64,000 nucleotides of DNA from a virus: the IMG/VR virus record IMGVR_UViG_3300044695_007705, positions 1 to 64,000 of that record; one strand, written 5' to 3'. The translations under genes and the position numbers were made by a program. The notes beneath the pieces were generated by a model. It was given only the letters and a program-made list of their open reading frames with translations. It searched no databases and was not told the origin of the DNA. Of the stretch, positions 54,540-64,000 are shown one piece after another. The stretch's first letter is position 1. The number at the start of each line of letters is the position of its first letter.

Positions 54540-56104
54540 AGTGCGAGTATCTTAGCTTCTTTTACCTGATTATTTTCAATATAGGATAGTAAAGGCCACT
54601 TGGATATGGTTCCTCCCGGTACCGCCTCAATGGGCAAGGTTCTGTGGTATACAAATCCCCCGTTTCCTGTAGAAGTCGATATGTTTTGTATCAGGGTATT
54701 AACTCTCGTGTTAAACCCTCGAATTACAGTCCCACCTAGCGGAGAATAAGAAGAGCTTATGCTATACTTTAAAGACCCCGTGGAAGGCAATTCTTCTAAC
54801 GTGTCTGGGTCATAAATTGCTGGACTTATAAATTTTCTCCCCACATTATACTGGTATGGTTTATCATCCGTACTAAATACTCTTTCATAACGAGTACCTG
54901 AAAATACCCAAATACCTGGTATGTTAGATCCTTCTGTAGTAGTAGAGTCTGTCAATGAGTCAAAATCAATGTCTTCAAGGACAGAGTCTGGGTCTCTGAA
55001 AATTATACGATAATTAGAGGTAAGATTTTTACCTTCAATTACGTTATAACTGCTACCTAACAAGTTGATAAGATCGTTCTGTTCTGTGCCAGGTTTATTG
55101 TTTTGAGGAAAAATCTCGAATGTATTTCTTAGTTCTTCCGCTTTTTCTAGTAAAGACCTGATGTTAAAATTTATAGAAGAGCCGGATTGATACGATTCTT
55201 CATAAGAAAAGAACTGGGATCTTGCATTTAATTTGTAGAGTTGGGTGAAATTCTGGGAAGACAGGGTATCTCTTCGTTTAAAAGTTATACCGGCTCCTAC
55301 AGGTACCAGATTTAGGTAAAAATTACCTAAATATACCCATTTAGATTCTAACTCGTTGAACAGAAAGAACCCGTCACTATCGGAAAATTTGACTGTGTAC
55401 AGGTAACGTGAATTTTTGAGTGAAGCTTTGGAAGAAACAGTCCCTGACTCAAATCTCTTTTGATAGATAGAATTACCAGAATAATTTGCACACTTGCCAG
55501 CAGATGGAGTTTCTCCTTCACCACAAGACAAAACTATATCTAAGACTTCCTCGGGCATGTAACCAGAGCCGGCGTTTGATATAGTGACATCGGGCGATAT
55601 GGTTCCATCTGAATTTACAGTAAGAGTGACTAGACCGGAATCAGAATTAGATTCTGTCCCCCTTAACCTAGCTTGGACGGTCTGTGGCAGAGCTAAATCC
55701 TGTCCGTCTTGATTCCTGACGACGTATCTTTCACCGGCCGACTCTAGTACAACCCGTGTCAAAGAGGAGTTTTTTGCCCATATAATACTGCTTCCCGGAT
55801 CCCCTATCGCCCTCTTGTCCAGTGAGTCTAAGAATCTGTCAATCCATATCTTATTGTCGTCGGAAAAAGTCAGATTATTGGTTAAAAACTTGGTCCGAAG
55901 GGATATATTACCTTCAAGGTCAGATATAGACTGATTAAGTAATGCAAAAATCTGATCAGGAGATGATGCCGGTGATTCAAGGGCAGAAGAAAATCCGAAC
56001 AAGAGGAGATCCTGTTGAACCTGTGTATCGTACAGTTTTTGTACTGCGTCTACAGCATTTAAACCCGTTTCAGACAGATTGTTTCTAGTGTAAAGTCCTG
56101 ACAT
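54536..56104 (-). CDS. Fibre-associated structural protein
   Basis: N-terminal GL..NNLSE motif; ISNAGSGY. Confidence 0.55.
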   Translation of the reverse strand: MSGLYTRNNLSETGLNAVDAVQKLYDTQVQQDLLLFGFSSALESPASSPDQIFALLNQSISDLEGNISLRTKFLTNNLTFSDDNKIWIDRFLDSLDKRAIGDPGSSIIWAKNSSLTRVVLESAGERYVVRNQDGQDLALPQTVQARLRGTESNSDSGLVTLTVNSDGTISPDVTISNAGSGYMPEEVLDIVLSCGEGETPSAGKCANYSGNSIYQKRFESGTVSSKASLKNSRYLYTVKFSDSDGFFLFNELESKWVYLGNFYLNLVPVGAGITFKRRDTLSSQNFTQLYKLNARSQFFSYEESYQSGSSINFNIRSLLEKAEELRNTFEIFPQNNKPGTEQNDLINLLGSSYNVIEGKNLTSNYRIIFRDPDSVLEDIDFDSLTDSTTTEGSNIPGIWVFSGTRYERVFSTDDKPYQYNVGRKFISPAIYDPDTLEELPSTGSLKYSISSSYSPLGGTVIRGFNTRVNTLIQNISTSTGNGGFVYHRTLPIEAVPGGTISKWPLLSYIENNQVKEAKILAL

Positions 56105-56111
56105 AAGTGTT

Positions 56112-59100
56112 TTAAATCCTGAGTATTAAGCCGTCTGAAGAACGTCTCCAGCAAGAACCGGAAATTCCGGATGGGCAAGAGGCTAACTGTTCTAGTCCTG
56201 AGTCAGTTATTGATTGGTTCCTGGTAGTAGGATCTTCGTACTCTGTAGAAATTACGGTTGAACCTGTCCGGGGGGACACATAATTAAATCCTAGTCCTAT
56301 CCTTATACCGCTCAAATTCTTGAACCTTGACCCTAACGGATTTTCAGCTATTTGTTGAGTTTTGTCCCTCTTAGTCTTGTAATATTGCCCTGATACAAGG
56401 GCACCAGGCACATTCAGAGTTCGTGTTCCAACTGATTCTATGGACTGAGATACTTGACCAAACTGATCGGCAACATTTACTATTCTGAAGGCGTTAAAGG
56501 TTTCACTTCTAGAAAGAGATGTCACAACGTCGTTCCCAGCAGATACTATCACCGGAAATACTTCTTGTTGTGTGTATTGAGAATATTTACCATCTGCTGT
56601 TATTTTATTCCCATCAAGTCTAACAAAGCAGTTAGTAAACTTTCTGAGTTTTTCTATCTCTAAAATTTCAGTTATAATTACACTTAACGTCTCCAAGCTA
56701 AAGTTATTACCAGACAGGTTGATAGTTATTTTTCTATTGTTGCCTGAGAATATTTTAGTTAGACTACCTCCTTCGTATTCGGATATGAAATTTCGGGACA
56801 GATCAAATGCTGCTCTGTCGGAGTCTACAATTCTACCAAAGCCGGACCGGATATTGAGTTTTCCTGAAAGCCTGTTGTCAGCGCATCTAAATTGCAGAAT
56901 TCCCGAAAATCCTCTCCTGAACCAGTTATTTATGCTGTTGCTGTTCCGTGTAAAAATAAGAGCACTGGGCAAGGTTCCCGGTATGTCCCTATCTATTACT
57001 ATTTCGTTATCTTTTACACTTAAAACTCTAGCAAGTTCTACTCCCGAAAGCTCGAATCTTACCGAATCGTTTACTAATACTCTTTGTTTAAATCCTGTGC
57101 CCCCCGTTAAAACGTATTCGTTGTCTTTTTCGTTAAGTACACCTTCTGTGGGTATTCTTCGGGTTATCGACAGACCTGAGATTTCCGAAGCCGGGTCTGA
57201 ATCCCTCACGCAAGAACCCCTTAATGAAGGGTTAAACCAATCACCTCTATAAGTGCTTATCAGGCTATTGGAAATATCGATTAGCGTAACTGTGGAGTTT
57301 GAAACTCCCTCAAAATTGGGTAGTATGGACCCCCCGTCTGCCGAGTTCTGCCCCCATGCAACTATCTCAACTACGTCTCTTCCGAATATAGAATTAGAGG
57401 AGGCGATAGACAGGTTCGATAAGTCATAAAATCTAGACCCATTGGAAATAATTCTGACAGGCTTTGTTTCAAATTCTGGTACTTTTTTTGACGGCACTAT
57501 AGGAAATCTGCCCGTTAGTGAAGACTCCCGTAAAGAAATTGTCTCAAGGTCATAAAGCTCTTTTAAATCGTTCTGTCTAAACTTATAGTTAAGTACAGAT
57601 TCGCTAAATATCAACTGTTTCAGTTTGTGCTCACTACCGGCACCCCTTACTGGGGCAAAATCCGGTGGGAGAAGGAAATTTATACCCGAACTCGTGTAAG
57701 GCAATAGCTCAGATCTCGAGCCACCGAGGTTGATGGAAACGAGGGCGCCCGTATTTTCTATAGGGCTTGATCCCAGGCTTGGGATTTTCCCCGTATTCCT
57801 GCAACCGAAGAACCCTGCGTTAACGAGGTTAGGCGTTTTAAATGGACCTGCGGAGTCATCAAAAATTACACCTCCCTCGGAAAGTGACATCTCCAGAGAC
57901 GCTAAAGAACTCCATATTCCATTCTGTAGATCGATGTTGACGTTAGTCCTGTTTGTGTTTATAGATACACAGCTCTCTCTCCAGTTTGCCCAATCTTCAT
58001 CCGGGTTGTTTATAAAACCGTCGATATCATGTCTACCTTGATCTCTGCCACCTATGTTAAAATTACTAAATTTATACTTAGAGATGTGGCCATTATCTTC
58101 AGGATCGGTAGAAGTGCCTATTTCAATTATATCTCCTGAGGCCAAAGATCCGAAAATATTATAAGATATTTGGTTCCCGTTATTGTTAATTTTTGGTAAA
58201 GATCCGAACAAGTACCTATAAGTTCTTCTTTCATCGGTTTGATTGCCGCTTCTTCTATTTAAATTCAGGGACGTGAGGTTGGGGAAAACATCATCGAACC
58301 GGGGATTGTTAAGAAGAAACCTGTCTCTTAGGGAGATAGAACGTACGGAGGAGAATACCCTAAAGTCGGTACCTGGAGTTCTTTCTTGATCAAGAATATA
58401 TTTTTCAAAAAGCTCATCCGACCAGTCGTCTCCAGTAGCTGCGACCATCGGTCCCTTCTTGGGGATTGTTAAATAGCTTACGCAGGTGTATAAGGGGTGC
58501 TGGAATGAGGGAGTAGCGGAGGGATTTCTTATATCAAACCAGCCCATGGGGCCGTTCCTCCAGGTATCACCTGAATTTTCCAGGTTCAAGTTTACTAACT
58601 TGTTGGAGAGGGTTTTTAGCCATATAGGTAATATGCTAACAGAAGTATCAGACAGTACTAAACTCTCAAGGTTGTTAAATCCTATAAGGCCTATGTCTTT
58701 ACCGTCGCCAGTTTCTCTAATATTTATACCCGAAAACTCAATTCCAGTAACTTTCTCGGGGTTGACATATAGATAGAGATAAACATCAAAAAGATTTTGA
58801 AAACCAGAACCGGTTATGTCTATGTTCAAGATAAATTCTCTCGTACCAGGTAATTGCGATACTTGTGTGACAGGAATGAAATCAACCCTGGGTCTATTCT
58901 GCCTTTGTTGCAAAGGTTGAATCTGGTAGCCGTAAAAGTAAGGTCTTTCAGAGTCTGAGAAAGTAAATTTTACTGACCCCACTCCGAGTCGGCAAAGCAC
59001 CTTAAGGGGAGAGTTTTTGGTAGCCAGCAGCTTAAGTTCTGTCTCAGTCCCTGTGTTGCCGTTATCAACCCCAAGTTGAATAGTATATGAAGGATTTTCT

Positions 59101-59720
59101 AAGATCGGGGCTTTTGGGAGTATACTGTCCCTCGGTATAAAAATTCTATTAACGTGAGACCTTCTTCTGACTCTTATAGGTCCGGGATAAGAAGAGGTTT
59201 TAAAGTATCCGGGGTTCTCATCATCCTGCTCAATGTTAAAAAGACTCGCCCGGGAGGACGACAGATAAATATCAGACCGGGAAGGATTGCTAAAAAGTCT
59301 TTGATTGATTACGTTAGATTTGTATTTTACACCTTGACATTGGATATTACCGTTATATAGAATAACGTTCGGAGTTTTAAGAACTGGGGATCCAGGGCCG
59401 CCCAGCGGCACATCGGCATTGAAGAACTCTTTGTCTATAAAAAGACGATTCGGGATATTAATTTCGAAAACTTCACTTAACTGGTGCAGAGAACTTAATA
59501 GGGTGTCTGAAAGTCCAGATGCAGAACGTATATCTTCTCTGGATACACTCGTGCTCAGCCCGTAAATGCTATCTAAAACCTCAGGGGATATTAAAATATT
59601 CCTGAGAGCTTGCCTTTTGTCCGATTCAAAGATTTCAGAAAGATTTTGGAAACTGTCCGAAATAAGGCCTATGTCCGGCCTTGAAAAATTGCCAAATCCC
59701 TGGAATAAAAATTCTGACAT
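56112..59720 (-). CDS. Large leucine-rich-repeat virion protein
   Basis: LxxLxL repeats (NLESLVLSD, KLVNLNLEN, NLTSLNLN, DLETISLRESSLTG, INLSGNNFS). Confidence 0.65.
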   Translation of the reverse strand: MSEFLFQGFGNFSRPDIGLISDSFQNLSEIFESDKRQALRNILISPEVLDSIYGLSTSVSREDIRSASGLSDTLLSSLHQLSEVFEINIPNRLFIDKEFFNADVPLGGPGSPVLKTPNVILYNGNIQCQGVKYKSNVINQRLFSNPSRSDIYLSSSRASLFNIEQDDENPGYFKTSSYPGPIRVRRRSHVNRIFIPRDSILPKAPILENPSYTIQLGVDNGNTGTETELKLLATKNSPLKVLCRLGVGSVKFTFSDSERPYFYGYQIQPLQQRQNRPRVDFIPVTQVSQLPGTREFILNIDITGSGFQNLFDVYLYLYVNPEKVTGIEFSGINIRETGDGKDIGLIGFNNLESLVLSDTSVSILPIWLKTLSNKLVNLNLENSGDTWRNGPMGWFDIRNPSATPSFQHPLYTCVSYLTIPKKGPMVAATGDDWSDELFEKYILDQERTPGTDFRVFSSVRSISLRDRFLLNNPRFDDVFPNLTSLNLNRRSGNQTDERRTYRYLFGSLPKINNNGNQISYNIFGSLASGDIIEIGTSTDPEDNGHISKYKFSNFNIGGRDQGRHDIDGFINNPDEDWANWRESCVSINTNRTNVNIDLQNGIWSSLASLEMSLSEGGVIFDDSAGPFKTPNLVNAGFFGCRNTGKIPSLGSSPIENTGALVSINLGGSRSELLPYTSSGINFLLPPDFAPVRGAGSEHKLKQLIFSESVLNYKFRQNDLKELYDLETISLRESSLTGRFPIVPSKKVPEFETKPVRIISNGSRFYDLSNLSIASSNSIFGRDVVEIVAWGQNSADGGSILPNFEGVSNSTVTLIDISNSLISTYRGDWFNPSLRGSCVRDSDPASEISGLSITRRIPTEGVLNEKDNEYVLTGGTGFKQRVLVNDSVRFELSGVELARVLSVKDNEIVIDRDIPGTLPSALIFTRNSNSINNWFRRGFSGILQFRCADNRLSGKLNIRSGFGRIVDSDRAAFDLSRNFISEYEGGSLTKIFSGNNRKITINLSGNNFSLETLSVIITEILEIEKLRKFTNCFVRLDGNKITADGKYSQYTQQEVFPVIVSAGNDVVTSLSRSETFNAFRIVNVADQFGQVSQSIESVGTRTLNVPGALVSGQYYKTKRDKTQQIAENPLGSRFKNLSGIRIGLGFNYVSPRTGSTVISTEYEDPTTRNQSITDSGLEQLASCPSGISGSCWRRSSDGLILRI

Positions 59721-59738
59721 CCTGGAAACATCTAGTAA

Positions 59739-59747
59739 GCTTTCAAC
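59739..59747 (-). promoter_or_regulatory. GTTGAAAGC putative late promoter
   Basis: 18 nt upstream of ATG 59720. Confidence 0.7.
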
Positions 59748-59752
59748 TCAAA

Positions 59753-62700
59753 TTACTGCTCAAAGTAGTTTAGAGAGGCGTAGATCTCGTTCTCTGTCTC
59801 ATCATGATTGCTCAATGACCTGGCGATGAAAAAGGTTGCTAAATTAGCATCATCGTCATTTACTACAGACTCTCCAAATACATTAAATATGCTGGTGAGG
59901 TTGATGTCTGTTGCAGTGTTAGAAGAGACGTAGTACGTTGCTAGAACGTCCCCTTGTCCGGACGAAAGCCATCTAATCGGGTAGTCGGATGGTGTGAATA
60001 TCCCAGCAGAGTTTACTTCTCCCGAGGATAAAAAGCTTCCACATTTTCTAGGATTAGTATGGATAGATTTGAAAGTATCTAAGGACAATTCGCTAGCGTC
60101 GAAAGTGGGGGAAGTCGGAAGGCCTCTCGGGTCATTCTGAGTAATAGGGGTTATGCACTTCACAGATCCGTCAGATTCAGGGTTATCGGACCACTGGCTG
60201 TGATAATCAGTTCCTAGGTCAGAGATAGAAAAAGTAGAGCGGTGCGGAGTAAAGGGGCTTAAATCTATACCTCTTGATGTTTTCTGACCGATCCATACAC
60301 CACCTATGCGGGTTCCTTGGCGACCTTGTAAAAATACACGGATAAATGGTATGTCCCCCGGGGCAATTTTAGAGACTAAGATATTTCTAACTCTCGATTT
60401 TTTATCGATATTAGCTATGTAAACTATGTTATACGAAACAACAACATTACCCGGAGATATCCCTACCGGCAAAGAACTGCCTATAGGAAGAAGGTATTGC
60501 CTGACTCCTCCCTCTATAGACCTAGTAATTCCGCCAGTTGTAGATACATTAGCTACTACAGACCCTTGAGACAAGGTTACTTCAAAATTCTCGGGAGAAG
60601 TGTTCGGCCAAGCAGATTGCGGATCATTTATAAAGTATTTGATGCCTTCCTCCGGAGTTCCTTCTACAACAATATTGACATTTTTTCTAATCTCTCTGCC
60701 AGATTTACATAACAAACCTCTGCATATTCCCCCTTCTTGTCCAGGAACATTAAGTCTTTCCTCGGCGTCTGATTCTGAAAGTCTAGTGTAAAAGTAGTTT
60801 CTAAACTCGCCCGATTCAAAATTAAAAGTATTAGTGACTACTAACGGATTATTTTCTACAAAAAGAGTATTTTCAGGGAAATCTTGGACGAAGTCATGCG
60901 GCAGCCCTTCGTAAAACTTTTGACCATCATACTCGAGTACTGGATCAGATTTTTCTATACCCCAATCTAAATCAGACTGAGTAGCGTATATAGGGCTTTC
61001 CGGGTCGGTAGTATTTGGCCAGCAAAATCCTATCCTTAGGGAGGAAGAGTGAGCTGCGGACACTAAACTGTCTAAAAAACCTCCGGTCCAGTATATGTAA
61101 AACTCGTCACTAAGTACATCTACAGAACTTAACAAGGTTTGATCTCTTCTGTGATAATCGAACTCTATATCATACCCGTTTGCAAACTCGCCCACTTGAG
61201 CGTAAGTGAAAGGCAAAAACACACTTCTGGGCTCTGGAAAAGGTGTTCTGCTTGTAAGAATAGCTCTTCCGTTTTTATCCCTCTGGAGTTTAATTGACAA
61301 AGATCCGCCCGAAAAGTCTTTAGTCTCTCCGGGGAAAAGGCCATACAAATCAGTACCGATTATTCTGGCTGCCTGGTCTCCTATAACTTCCCAGTTGCTC
61401 TCCACAGCAGGGTTTCTAAACCCTCCGGTAGAAGCTTGGCTATATAAAGCGATTGCTGACCCTTCTCCTTGTGAAAGTCCGATTTCCGGGATATTCTCGT
61501 TGACGTACTGATTGACGAAAAACTTCCCCTTGAGCCTTCTAGAAGTAGGGAGTATGTTCCAAAAATACCCTTCTTGGTTACTATAGGCCCACCCGGGACA
61601 ACCCCTTTGTCTTACAATTTTGATTTCGCAGTCTTGTTGACTGTATATTGTCAGATTGCTAGGAAATATCTCCTTTTTATTGAGAAGAGAAGTGCCGAAT
61701 CTGTTGACCAAAAACTGCCTAGGTTTGATCCCGAGTATAGTAGTCCAGTCTATAGCGTTAAGTGAAGTTTTTAATATCGAAAAGTCGGGACTCCTAAGAT
61801 TTCTTACTTTAGACTGTGCGTTTAATGTGTATAGGGTGCCCTCGTCATACCCATCAATGTAGTAAGATGCCCCAAATTTATAGACAAACTGCTTAATTCG
61901 TATGGCAGAAGAGTCGTTGATTTGAAGGCGATAACTGAAATAGAAAAATGGATCGGCTAGGCACGGTTTTCCTAGCTGGTTTTCTATCACAAGAGTGTGT
62001 AAAGTAATCCATCTACACTCATCATTCTCCACAGGCGCATATACATAAAACCTGGCTCCGATGGCCCCGTACCAGCCAAATTCTATCTTGTACATGGTGA
62101 CTTTATCGGGGTCGAGAATATACCCTGTTTTCCCCTCCCCGCTCAAAGGATCTCCATTCATTATATTTTGACTTATTACAGTCTCGTATTGTAATTTACC
62201 ATTTCTTGTTATTGTCTTTGTAGTGTCAAAGTACCCTGCAGACTCTAAGAATTCTGTATTATCTAATGGTATAGTTGAACGTCTTACGATAGAGAGGTTC
62301 GAGCCATTTGCGAGTTGAAAAAGATAAGCATCTGTATCGTTCTCGATGCCAAACTCGAGAATAGTTCCTGGTCCCGCACCTACATCGCTTAATCTCACGC
62401 CGTAAGTAAACCCGCTAATTCGGCCTGGTTGATATCTAAAAGCCCTTATAGATCTTAATACTATTTCCGATCTGTTTACCTGAGTACCCCCGATCCTGTT
62501 GCTGTTGGTGGGCAGGTTTATCTGGGGTCCGAAAGTCTCAGAGGGCCAGGAATTAGAGAAGACGTTGTTTGCAGTATCAGGAACTCGGGGAGTATCGACA
62601 ATAAAGTAAGGGAGTTTAAGGTCTTTTTCTAACTGAGTTACACTATTTTCGTTGGGGTGAACCTTGAACTCCCAGTCCTTCAAATCCTGCCTAAGCTCAG

Positions 62701-63784
62701 CCCACCTAAGACCAAAGTATCTCTCCCATATACCCTGATTAGGGTTAGTCTTTAGCCTGTAATGGCCTTTATTGTCTGATTGTCCCTCAGGAAAATAAGT
62801 TCGAGTAGTGCTGAAGAAGAAATTGTCCCAGGAAGCGTTTAATTGCGTCGGTAAAACCGAGTTAGCTTCCACTATAAAAACGTTCGAGCTTCCCCATATA
62901 GAAGTATTACTCCTCCAGTTTTCAATGACAACGTTATTGAAGTTAAAAGCTCTCCCGCTAGGAATTACAGGATAATCAGATATAGGACCGAATCTATTTT
63001 GCTGAATGTCAAGCCAGATCTTGTCCCAGTAAAGTTCGTTGAAGTCAAAAGTTCCGTCCCCATTCTCTATGGGGGGATATTTAGTTAGCATGGGGAGAAG
63101 GTTATACAATCTCCACTCGTCCCGGGTGAAATTCCTCACCATGTACTTGAACAGGTACAGGGCTACTAAAGAATTGAGGTATTGCCCCCAAGTTGTATAT
63201 CTTTCACCGCCGCCTGGATTTATTAATTGGTCTTGTAGGGATGGTGAAGGGGGTCTGTTAAATGGTGTAGGATTAGAGTCCAGTACAAGAGCGTTATTTT
63301 TATCATCTTCTATAAACCTGGAGGGGTAATAATTTCCAGAGGCACTAGGCCTCCTATTCCACCACACGTCAAATTCACTTTGACCGGTTCTTACATCTAC
63401 TCTCCAGTCTTTCGGGTCTAAGCCATAGGTAGAAACGTTGCTAAAAAGTCCCCTTTGGGTAGTCTCCCTATTAACCCCTAAAAGGCTTTTGGCTACTTCA
63501 CTCTCTACTGGAAACTGCTCGATAACGGGTAAAGCAGCCGGACTACCCTTGCTGAATACGTTTTCCGTACTAAGACCGCTTAATTGATAAGAGTCAGAAT
63601 TAACTACTACACTATTAGATGTAGCAGCCCCGTACTGGCTTTTTCTGTACGTCTCTTTTTCTGTTACAAGAGGTGCGCCTTGTTCGGTTGTCAGGGGAAA
63701 TCCCCCGACATCGACCATCTGTTTTATCCCTTTACTCTTTTGGGGCGGAGTTTTTTCCGCCCGTATACTTCTTTTCCCCGACAT
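59753..63784 (-). CDS. Large cyanophage-type virion structural protein
   Basis: FRYQPGRISGFTYG, VTMYKIEFGWYGAIGA, KFGASYYIDG; ends SLNYFEQ. Confidence 0.65.
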   Translation of the reverse strand: MSGKRSIRAEKTPPQKSKGIKQMVDVGGFPLTTEQGAPLVTEKETYRKSQYGAATSNSVVVNSDSYQLSGLSTENVFSKGSPAALPVIEQFPVESEVAKSLLGVNRETTQRGLFSNVSTYGLDPKDWRVDVRTGQSEFDVWWNRRPSASGNYYPSRFIEDDKNNALVLDSNPTPFNRPPSPSLQDQLINPGGGERYTTWGQYLNSLVALYLFKYMVRNFTRDEWRLYNLLPMLTKYPPIENGDGTFDFNELYWDKIWLDIQQNRFGPISDYPVIPSGRAFNFNNVVIENWRSNTSIWGSSNVFIVEANSVLPTQLNASWDNFFFSTTRTYFPEGQSDNKGHYRLKTNPNQGIWERYFGLRWAELRQDLKDWEFKVHPNENSVTQLEKDLKLPYFIVDTPRVPDTANNVFSNSWPSETFGPQINLPTNSNRIGGTQVNRSEIVLRSIRAFRYQPGRISGFTYGVRLSDVGAGPGTILEFGIENDTDAYLFQLANGSNLSIVRRSTIPLDNTEFLESAGYFDTTKTITRNGKLQYETVISQNIMNGDPLSGEGKTGYILDPDKVTMYKIEFGWYGAIGARFYVYAPVENDECRWITLHTLVIENQLGKPCLADPFFYFSYRLQINDSSAIRIKQFVYKFGASYYIDGYDEGTLYTLNAQSKVRNLRSPDFSILKTSLNAIDWTTILGIKPRQFLVNRFGTSLLNKKEIFPSNLTIYSQQDCEIKIVRQRGCPGWAYSNQEGYFWNILPTSRRLKGKFFVNQYVNENIPEIGLSQGEGSAIALYSQASTGGFRNPAVESNWEVIGDQAARIIGTDLYGLFPGETKDFSGGSLSIKLQRDKNGRAILTSRTPFPEPRSVFLPFTYAQVGEFANGYDIEFDYHRRDQTLLSSVDVLSDEFYIYWTGGFLDSLVSAAHSSSLRIGFCWPNTTDPESPIYATQSDLDWGIEKSDPVLEYDGQKFYEGLPHDFVQDFPENTLFVENNPLVVTNTFNFESGEFRNYFYTRLSESDAEERLNVPGQEGGICRGLLCKSGREIRKNVNIVVEGTPEEGIKYFINDPQSAWPNTSPENFEVTLSQGSVVANVSTTGGITRSIEGGVRQYLLPIGSSLPVGISPGNVVVSYNIVYIANIDKKSRVRNILVSKIAPGDIPFIRVFLQGRQGTRIGGVWIGQKTSRGIDLSPFTPHRSTFSISDLGTDYHSQWSDNPESDGSVKCITPITQNDPRGLPTSPTFDASELSLDTFKSIHTNPRKCGSFLSSGEVNSAGIFTPSDYPIRWLSSGQGDVLATYYVSSNTATDINLTSIFNVFGESVVNDDDANLATFFIARSLSNHDETENEIYASLNYFEQ

Positions 63785-64000
63785 TTACTGCTCCTCCCAA
63801 GTCAGAGAATTAACCACGGAGAGTTGAGTAGTAGGCTGAATAGAAGAAGATGTTGATTCCCACATACCATAAGCGCAGATTATATCCACTTCGTTAGTGA
63901 GAGGGTATGAAAGGTATTCTTTGTTGTAGGAGAAGTAGTCTGTAAGGTCAAATTGCGAACCACCTGTATTACAGTAAAGTGAGAATATCGTACTACCGGT
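63785..64000 (-). CDS. 3' end of a probably paralogous structural protein (partial)
   Basis: Hand translation ...FDLTDYFSYNKEYL...VVNSLTWEEQ*; resembles the C-terminus of the downstream gene. Confidence 0.65.
   Translation of the reverse strand, partial: TGSTIFSLYCNTGGSQFDLTDYFSYNKEYLSYPLTNEVDIICAYGMWESTSSSIQPTTQLSVVNSLTWEEQ

Noticed and set aside
7358-59747. GTTGAAAG resembles the 3' end of some cyanobacterial CRISPR repeats (array or solitary repeat units)
   Set aside because: Copies are dispersed, share no upstream repeat body or hairpin, and keep a fixed distance to start codons; a promoter explains this better
1-64000. Stop-codon reassignment, diversity-generating retroelement, tRNAs
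   Set aside because: Genes are full length in the standard code and end in TAA, TGA or TAG; no reverse transcriptase or TR/VR pair was seen; no cloverleaf was seen in the short intergenic gaps

Overview
64-kb segment of a large contractile-tailed (myo-type) dsDNA bacteriophage. The host is very probably a cyanobacterium: it carries a Mo-nitro_C-family protein, a SigF-like sigma factor, phoH, hsp20, a GH24+C39 endolysin and cyanophage-type fibre proteins. Left to right: (1) a MoxR ATPase / metallopeptidase-VWA / Hsp20 cluster; (2) endolysin, small charged proteins, gp25-like, tape measure and tube-initiator genes; (3) a replication and nucleotide block (AEP primase, SF3 helicase, 5'-3' exonuclease, dUTPase, nrdA/nrdB separated by HNH nucleases, probable SSB); (4) fibre, baseplate and spike genes, the terminase large subunit, a thioredoxin-sigma-DCL operon and a multi-enzyme baseplate hub; (5) a kinase, phoH and a cluster of very large fibre-like proteins. 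Most notable observations: a 9-mer GTTGAAAGC found 18-27 nt upstream of many late/structural genes (candidate promoter for the phage sigma factor), against host-type extended -10 promoters on metabolic genes; a shared P-x-G-W peptide tag (usually with a nearby [FY]-x-E) on six unrelated proteins including an HNH nuclease; an NrdA with a glutaredoxin inserted before its C-terminal CxxC tail; a circularly permuted M23 peptidase inside the hub protein; a structured terminator-containing leader before phoH; and an unannotated 27-aa hydrophobic peptide between helicase and primase. I saw no tRNA, rRNA, CRISPR array, intein or intron. All functional calls come from motif recognition by eye, not from database searches.
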